A program made the translations under genes and the position numbers. Source: a virus (lineage: Duplodnaviria > Caudoviricetes). From it: 56,266 bases of DNA. The stretch lies in the IMG/VR virus record IMGVR_UViG_3300046170_000364, positions 1 to 56,266 of that record, one strand, 5' to 3'. Each line of letters starts with the position of its first letter. Within the stretch, counting starts at the first letter, position 1. Of this stretch, positions 52,171-56,266 are shown piece after piece. The notes below the pieces were generated by a model. The model was not told the origin of the DNA, did no database searches, and saw only the letters and a program-made list of their open reading frames with translations.

Positions 52171-52941
52171 TTAGTGATGTTCACCGCCCCGGTGGGTTAG
52201 TGATGCTCACCGCCCCGGTGGGTTAGTGATGCTCACCGCCCCGGTGGGTTAGTGATGTTCACCGCCCCGGTGGGTTAGTGATGTTCACCGCCCCGGTGGG
52301 TTAGTGATGCTCACCGCCCCGGTGGGTTAGTGATGCTCACCGCCCCGGTGGGTTAGTGATGCTCACCGCCCCGGTGGGTTAGTGATGTTCACCGCCCCGG
52401 TGGGTTAGTGATGCTCACCGCCCCGGTGGGTTAGTGATGTTCACCGCCCCGGTGGGTTAGTGATGTTCACCGCCCCGGTGGGTTAGTGATGTTCACCGCC
52501 CCGGTGGGTTAGTGATGCTCACCGCCCCGGTGGGTTAGTGATGCTCACCGCCCCGGTGGGTTAGTGATGTTCACCGCCCCGGTGGGTTAGTGATGTTCAC
52601 CGCCCCGGTGGGTTAGTGATGTTCACCGCCCCGGTGGGTTAGTGATGTTCACCGCCCCGGTGGGTTAGTGATGCTCACCGCCCCGGTGGGTTAGTGATGC
52701 TCACCGCCCCGGTGGGTTAGTGATGCTCACCGCCCCGGTGGGTTAGTGATGTTCACCGCCCCGGTGGGTTAGTGATGTTCACCGCCCCGGTGGGTTAGTG
52801 ATGTTCACCGCCCCGGTGGGTTAGTGATGTTCACCGCCCCGGTGGGTTAGTGATGTTCACCGCCCCGGTGGGTTAGTGATGCTCACCGCCCCGGTGGGTT
52901 AGTGATGCTCACCGCCCCGGTGGGTTAGTGATGCTCACCGC
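52171..52941. repeat. Tandem array 1: 29 full + 1 partial 26-bp units TTAGTGATG[T/C]TCACCGCCCCGGTGGG
   Basis: Counted by hand; no spacers; one dimorphic position; internal CACCG-CCC-CGGTG inverted repeat. Confidence 0.98.
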
Positions 52942-53092
52942 AAGTTGCCACCGGGGGCCGTGTCCTTAGCAACGGGGCCGCCCTGCAAACCGTCCACCGG
53001 TCCTTAACGCTTGCTTGCCAGTGGCGGGGGCATGCCCCTATAAAGGGTGAGCGATCGAAGCAACGATCGAAAATTAAATTGAAACCGAATCC

Positions 53093-53311
53093 ATGCACGC
53101 TCACACCTCTTCCGCCCTTCGCTTCTTTGGCTTTGGCGCAGCTGCAACCGGGGCCGTTCTGATTCACCTTGCTCTGGTGTCGGCTGCGATCCTTCCCATG
53201 GATTCCGAGGCATCCCGCAAGGGCTTAGGTGAATTCATTCAGGCTTCTTTGGCCACCGTGGCGATCGGCGCTGCTGCCGGTTCAATTGGCACGGCTGCAA
53301 AGCGCAGCTAA
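53093..53311 (+). CDS. Small membrane protein
   Basis: Two hydrophobic segments; AT-rich leader. Confidence 0.55.
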   Translation: MHAHTSSALRFFGFGAAATGAVLIHLALVSAAILPMDSEASRKGLGEFIQASLATVAIGAAAGSIGTAAKRS

Positions 53312-53342
53312 TCACTTAACCCTAATTTTTTTCTTTAAAACA

Positions 53343-54053
53343 ATGTCAAACACTTGTCACCCTTACGATCCCTCTACCGTTAACGCTAGGGAGTTTATCT
53401 CGGGTTTGCACCCCCGCCATTCTCGCGCTGGCGTGATAGTGAGCTATCGGGGGCCTACTAATAAGCGGGGCGCAGTTTGGCACGGTTCAATTAAGCGAAA
53501 CGCTAACGAAAGGGCGATCACCGCCACCGTCCCCAGCTATGACGGCCCCGATTCTGCAGCCAAAGCCGTGCTAGTTAAGGCAGACCTGAACTGGCGTCTC
53601 CTGCCCGCCGCATGCTTAGACGGCGGTGATCGTTACGCTTACGCTGCAGAATTGGCCCCCGGCGAAGGGGCCGCCCTTGCACAGGGTGAGCGGGGCATTC
53701 TGGCGATGCATGCATGCCAGTTGATGGGGCATCGCACGGCCCCCTACGGATCGGCCCGTATTGTTGCCGACATGGCCACCGGGCAGCGCAGACCCGAGCC
53801 CATCGTGGCGGGGTGGCGAAAGGGCCACCCGATCCTCGAGACCGTAACGGTCAGGGATCATTTGTGGCGGGATCTTTTTACGCTGAACGATAGCTTCGCA
53901 CCGATTCACGCTATGGCCTGTGCAAGGGCCGCCGGTTGGATTCTGTCGGCTGATTCTCTCGATCTTGCTAAGAAGTGGGTTGATGAATTGGGGCAGACCC
54001 CCGACGCTGCCGGGGTGGCCATTGCTCGCACAGCTTGGGAAGCCCGATCATGA
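53343..54053 (+). CDS. Hypothetical protein
   Basis: Likely start MSNTCHPY after an AT-rich leader; YRGPTNKRGA motif. Confidence 0.65.
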   Translation: MSNTCHPYDPSTVNAREFISGLHPRHSRAGVIVSYRGPTNKRGAVWHGSIKRNANERAITATVPSYDGPDSAAKAVLVKADLNWRLLPAACLDGGDRYAYAAELAPGEGAALAQGERGILAMHACQLMGHRTAPYGSARIVADMATGQRRPEPIVAGWRKGHPILETVTVRDHLWRDLFTLNDSFAPIHAMACARAAGWILSADSLDLAKKWVDELGQTPDAAGVAIARTAWEARS

Positions 54054-54283
54054 TCCGGCCCGGTGATCGAGTTCGGTACTCATCCAAATATTGTCGACAA
54101 TTGGGGGCCGTGTCGGGGTGGCTGCCCTCAGCGCGGGGCACTGTTACCCGCCTATGGGGGACCGGTGATCGATTAGCTGCGATCACATGGGACTATCACC
54201 CCGACGGCCCCGGCAGTCAGGGCGGGGCGGGAGTTGACGTGTTGCAACGGCTCACCCCGTCGGGGTGGCGGCCCCGTTCCTGA
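54050..54283 (+). CDS. Small SH3-like hypothetical protein
   Basis: IRPGDRVRY..RGTVT..AITWD; ATGA coupling. Confidence 0.6.
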   Translation: MIRPGDRVRYSSKYCRQLGAVSGWLPSARGTVTRLWGTGDRLAAITWDYHPDGPGSQGGAGVDVLQRLTPSGWRPRS

Positions 54284-54312
54284 TTCTTCTTTAAAAATCT
54301 TCTATTAATTCA

Positions 54313-55422
54313 ATGATCATGCAAACCGCACCAACTGCCCGTAAGAATGCCCCCTTAGGGCTGCCCGGTGACGTGTCAACTCTATTGGGCCGTTATGACT
54401 TAACCCTGTCGGGGCTGTTGACCGATTCAAACCCCAAGCTGGTAAAGGGGGAAGGCCGGGCCGTGATTCTGCATCACTTGCCCGCCGACGCTTTGGCCCG
54501 TGCTTTGGATTCTGACAACGGCGGCCCGGTGGCTGCCCGTAATTATCTGCCCGATGTGGCGGCCCTTGCGGCCCGGAACGGAATGATCACGGCGGGCTTA
54601 AGGCACAACGGTTGCCCGTGGAAGACTCCCGCATGTTCCCGTGATTGTCTCGCTTTTAGTGGTAGGGGTGGGCTTGGAACAGTGCCCGCCGAGGCAAGGG
54701 CTAGACGCACTTTGGCAATGATCGCCGACCCCGTAGCGTATGGGCGGGCCGTGCTTTGGGCGATAGCTTGGCATCACCGCCGGGCAGCTGATGAGGGCGA
54801 GAGACTGGCCGTAAGGTTACGGGGCACCGATGAGGGCCCCGTTATGGGATGGCACCGGCTCAGACTGCCGATCACTGCATCGGAATCTATGCAGCTTGCC
54901 CGACGGTTTGGCTTAAGTGTGCCCGTTGCCGGTGGCCCCCGTGATCCCGACGGCGGGGCCACACTCGCCGATCTCGCGGGGCACCTAGCCACCTTCTACG
55001 ACTATTCCAAAGCGCCACTACGGGGGCCGCTAGGTTTGGAAGCGCAGCGGGCAGCCGGTTGGGACGTAACCGCAAGTATGGCCCCCGATGCCCCCGACGC
55101 TGCCCGCCGTGTTATTGACGCGGCCCGTGCTGGGTTCCGGGTGGCGGTGCCCGTAGCATTAAAGAAGGGGCAGCGCATCCCGCAAGCGATCACGTTTAGG
55201 GCGCAGGATCGCCAGCCGTTAACACTGGCTACGGTTGACGGTGACGCCCATGATCACCGTTATCGGGAACCGGGCGGGGTGGCGGTGATCCTGAGGCAGA
55301 AACGATCAAGGGGGGGGCAGGGTTCCGGCTCACCTTTCTTCTTAAATGCCCCCGACGCCCCCCGCCGTGATCAAGGGATATCGACGGATCTTCCCGACGG
55401 GGTGGCTCTCTCTTACTGGTGA
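54313..55422 (+). CDS. gp88-like phage protein with Cx6Cx3C motif (possible Fe-S / radical-SAM-like)
   Basis: SNPKLVK, CPWKTPACSRDCLAFSGRG, AVRLRGTDE, FYDYSK, VDGDAHDHRY; family recognised from memory, not searched. Confidence 0.65.
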   Translation: MIMQTAPTARKNAPLGLPGDVSTLLGRYDLTLSGLLTDSNPKLVKGEGRAVILHHLPADALARALDSDNGGPVAARNYLPDVAALAARNGMITAGLRHNGCPWKTPACSRDCLAFSGRGGLGTVPAEARARRTLAMIADPVAYGRAVLWAIAWHHRRAADEGERLAVRLRGTDEGPVMGWHRLRLPITASESMQLARRFGLSVPVAGGPRDPDGGATLADLAGHLATFYDYSKAPLRGPLGLEAQRAAGWDVTASMAPDAPDAARRVIDAARAGFRVAVPVALKKGQRIPQAITFRAQDRQPLTLATVDGDAHDHRYREPGGVAVILRQKRSRGGQGSGSPFFLNAPDAPRRDQGISTDLPDGVALSYW

Positions 55423-55438
55423 TCTAAGCCCCTAAACT

Positions 55439-55502
55439 GCCCCGGCCCTACCGGGCTTTTTATTGCTTGCCCCTATTGCCTGGCCCGGTGATAGGGGCTT
55501 TT
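55439..55502 (+). terminator. Tandem terminators closing the terminal cassette
   Basis: CCCGG-CCCTA-CCGGG then CTTTTT; then GCCCCTATTGCC-6 nt-GGTGATAGGGGC then TTTT. Confidence 0.75.
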
Positions 55503-55505
55503 AAT

Positions 55506-56052
55506 GCCCTGGCGGCTGATCGCCCTGGCGGCTGATCGCCCTGGCGGCTGATCGCCCTGGCGGCTGATCGCCCTGGCGGCTGATCGCCCTGGAGCTGATC
55601 GCCCTGGCGGCTGATCGCCCTGGCGGCTGATCGCCCTGGAGCTGATCGCCCTGGAGCTGATCGCCCTGGAGCTGATCGCCCTGGAGCTGATCGCCCTGGA
55701 GCTGATCGCCCTGGCGGCTGATCGCCCTGGAGCTGATCGCCCTGGAGCTGATCGCCCCTGGAGCTGATCGCCCTGGAGCTGATCGCCCTGGAGCTGATCG
55801 CCCTGGAGCTGATCGCCCTGGCGGCTGATCGCCCTGGCGGCTGATCGCCCTGGCGGCTGATCGCCCTGGCGGCTGATCGCCCTGGAGCTGATCGCCCTGG
55901 AGCTGATCGCCCTGGAGCTGATCGCCCTGGAGCTGATCGCCCTGGAGCTGATCGCCCTGGAGCTGATCGCCCTGGAGCTGATCGCCCTGGAGCTGATCGC
56001 CCTGGAGCTGATCGCCCTGGAGCTGATCGCCCTGGAGCTGATCGCCCTGGAG
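55506..56052. repeat. Tandem array 2: 35 full + 1 partial units GCCCTGG[A/CG]GCTGATC (15/16 bp)
   Basis: Counted by hand: 12 CG-type and 23 A-type units (one with an extra C); no spacers. Confidence 0.98.
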
Positions 56053-56227
56053 ATATATCGTAAAATCCTATTCTTAAATCAATGCTCTACTTTATACAAT
56101 CTATTAATCGTAGTAAAATATTGTTGACAATAGCAATCTGATAAAAATATATTTTTAAGAAAAATAATTTATAGATTTATATCGTAGGATTGACTATGTA
56201 TTACTAATAAAAACTAAAAATTTTTAA

Positions 56228-56234
56228 GGGTCCT
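56228..56234 (+). other. cosQ-like packaging termination site
   Basis: GGGTCCT is identical to lambda cosQ and ends 20 bp before the terminal 12-mer. Confidence 0.6.
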
Positions 56235-56254
56235 ATGTAACACTAACCACTGCG

Positions 56255-56266
56255 AAGGTATTCTGA
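56255..56266. other. Right genome end; putative cos 12-mer
   Basis: AAGGTATTCTGA versus AAGGTATTCGGA at positions 1-12. Confidence 0.7.

Noticed and set aside
52171-52941. CRISPR array
   Set aside because: Hairpin repeats of CRISPR-like size, but no spacers and no cas genes
52171-56052. TIGR-type or box C/D guide arrays (GTGATG in array 1, CTGA in array 2)
   Set aside because: No variable guide segments, the two motifs are in different arrays, and no Nop-domain protein was recognised
55506-56052. Array 2 as a coding pentapeptide repeat (ALELI on +, DQLQG on -)
   Set aside because: 16-bp units break the frame, TGA occurs on the + strand, no start codon leads in on the - strand, and terminators lie directly upstream on +
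55506-56052. HIP1 (GCGATCGC) array
   Set aside because: The junction reads CTGATCGC, two mismatches from HIP1 and not palindromic
1-56266. Lysogeny module, tRNAs, photosynthesis genes (psbA, hli)
   Set aside because: No recombinase motifs, CI-like repressor, cloverleaf or such proteins recognised; a short hli or tRNA could be missed without a search

Overview
The window looks like one complete ~56.3 kb cos-type tailed dsDNA phage genome (long non-contractile tail). Gene content suggests a picocyanobacterial (Synechococcus/Prochlorococcus-type) siphovirus, but the host is an inference. Position 1 appears to be the left cos end: the first and last 12 bases match at 11/12, and a lambda cosQ heptamer (GGGTCCT) lies 20 bp before the right-hand copy. 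Gene order: lambda-type terminase, gpW-like and portal genes; a fused protease-capsid polyprotein; head-tail and tail genes with a G/GT frameshift, a ~1950-aa tape measure and two fibre genes, one with 24-aa repeats; a lysis module; dcd and HNH; a leftward DNA-metabolism arm (thyX, RecE-like and DnaQ-like exonucleases, VRR-NUC, SF2 helicase, ParB-like protein); a rightward primase-helicase followed by a probable origin; and early genes (adenylation-domain-only NAD ligase, dNMP kinase). Many long genes are broken by small indels typical of uncorrected long-read error. I saw no integrase, repressor, DNA polymerase, tRNA, CRISPR array, reverse transcriptase or photosynthesis gene. The most unusual feature is the right end: a GC-rich four-gene cassette (including a gp88-like Cys-motif protein) sits between two spacer-less, two-allele tandem arrays (29 x 26 bp hairpin units; 35 x 15/16 bp units), each with an AT-rich outer flank. 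Other candidates are a second programmed -1 frameshift in the holin-like gene, codon-position-restricted hypervariation in the fibre repeats, and the truncated ligase.
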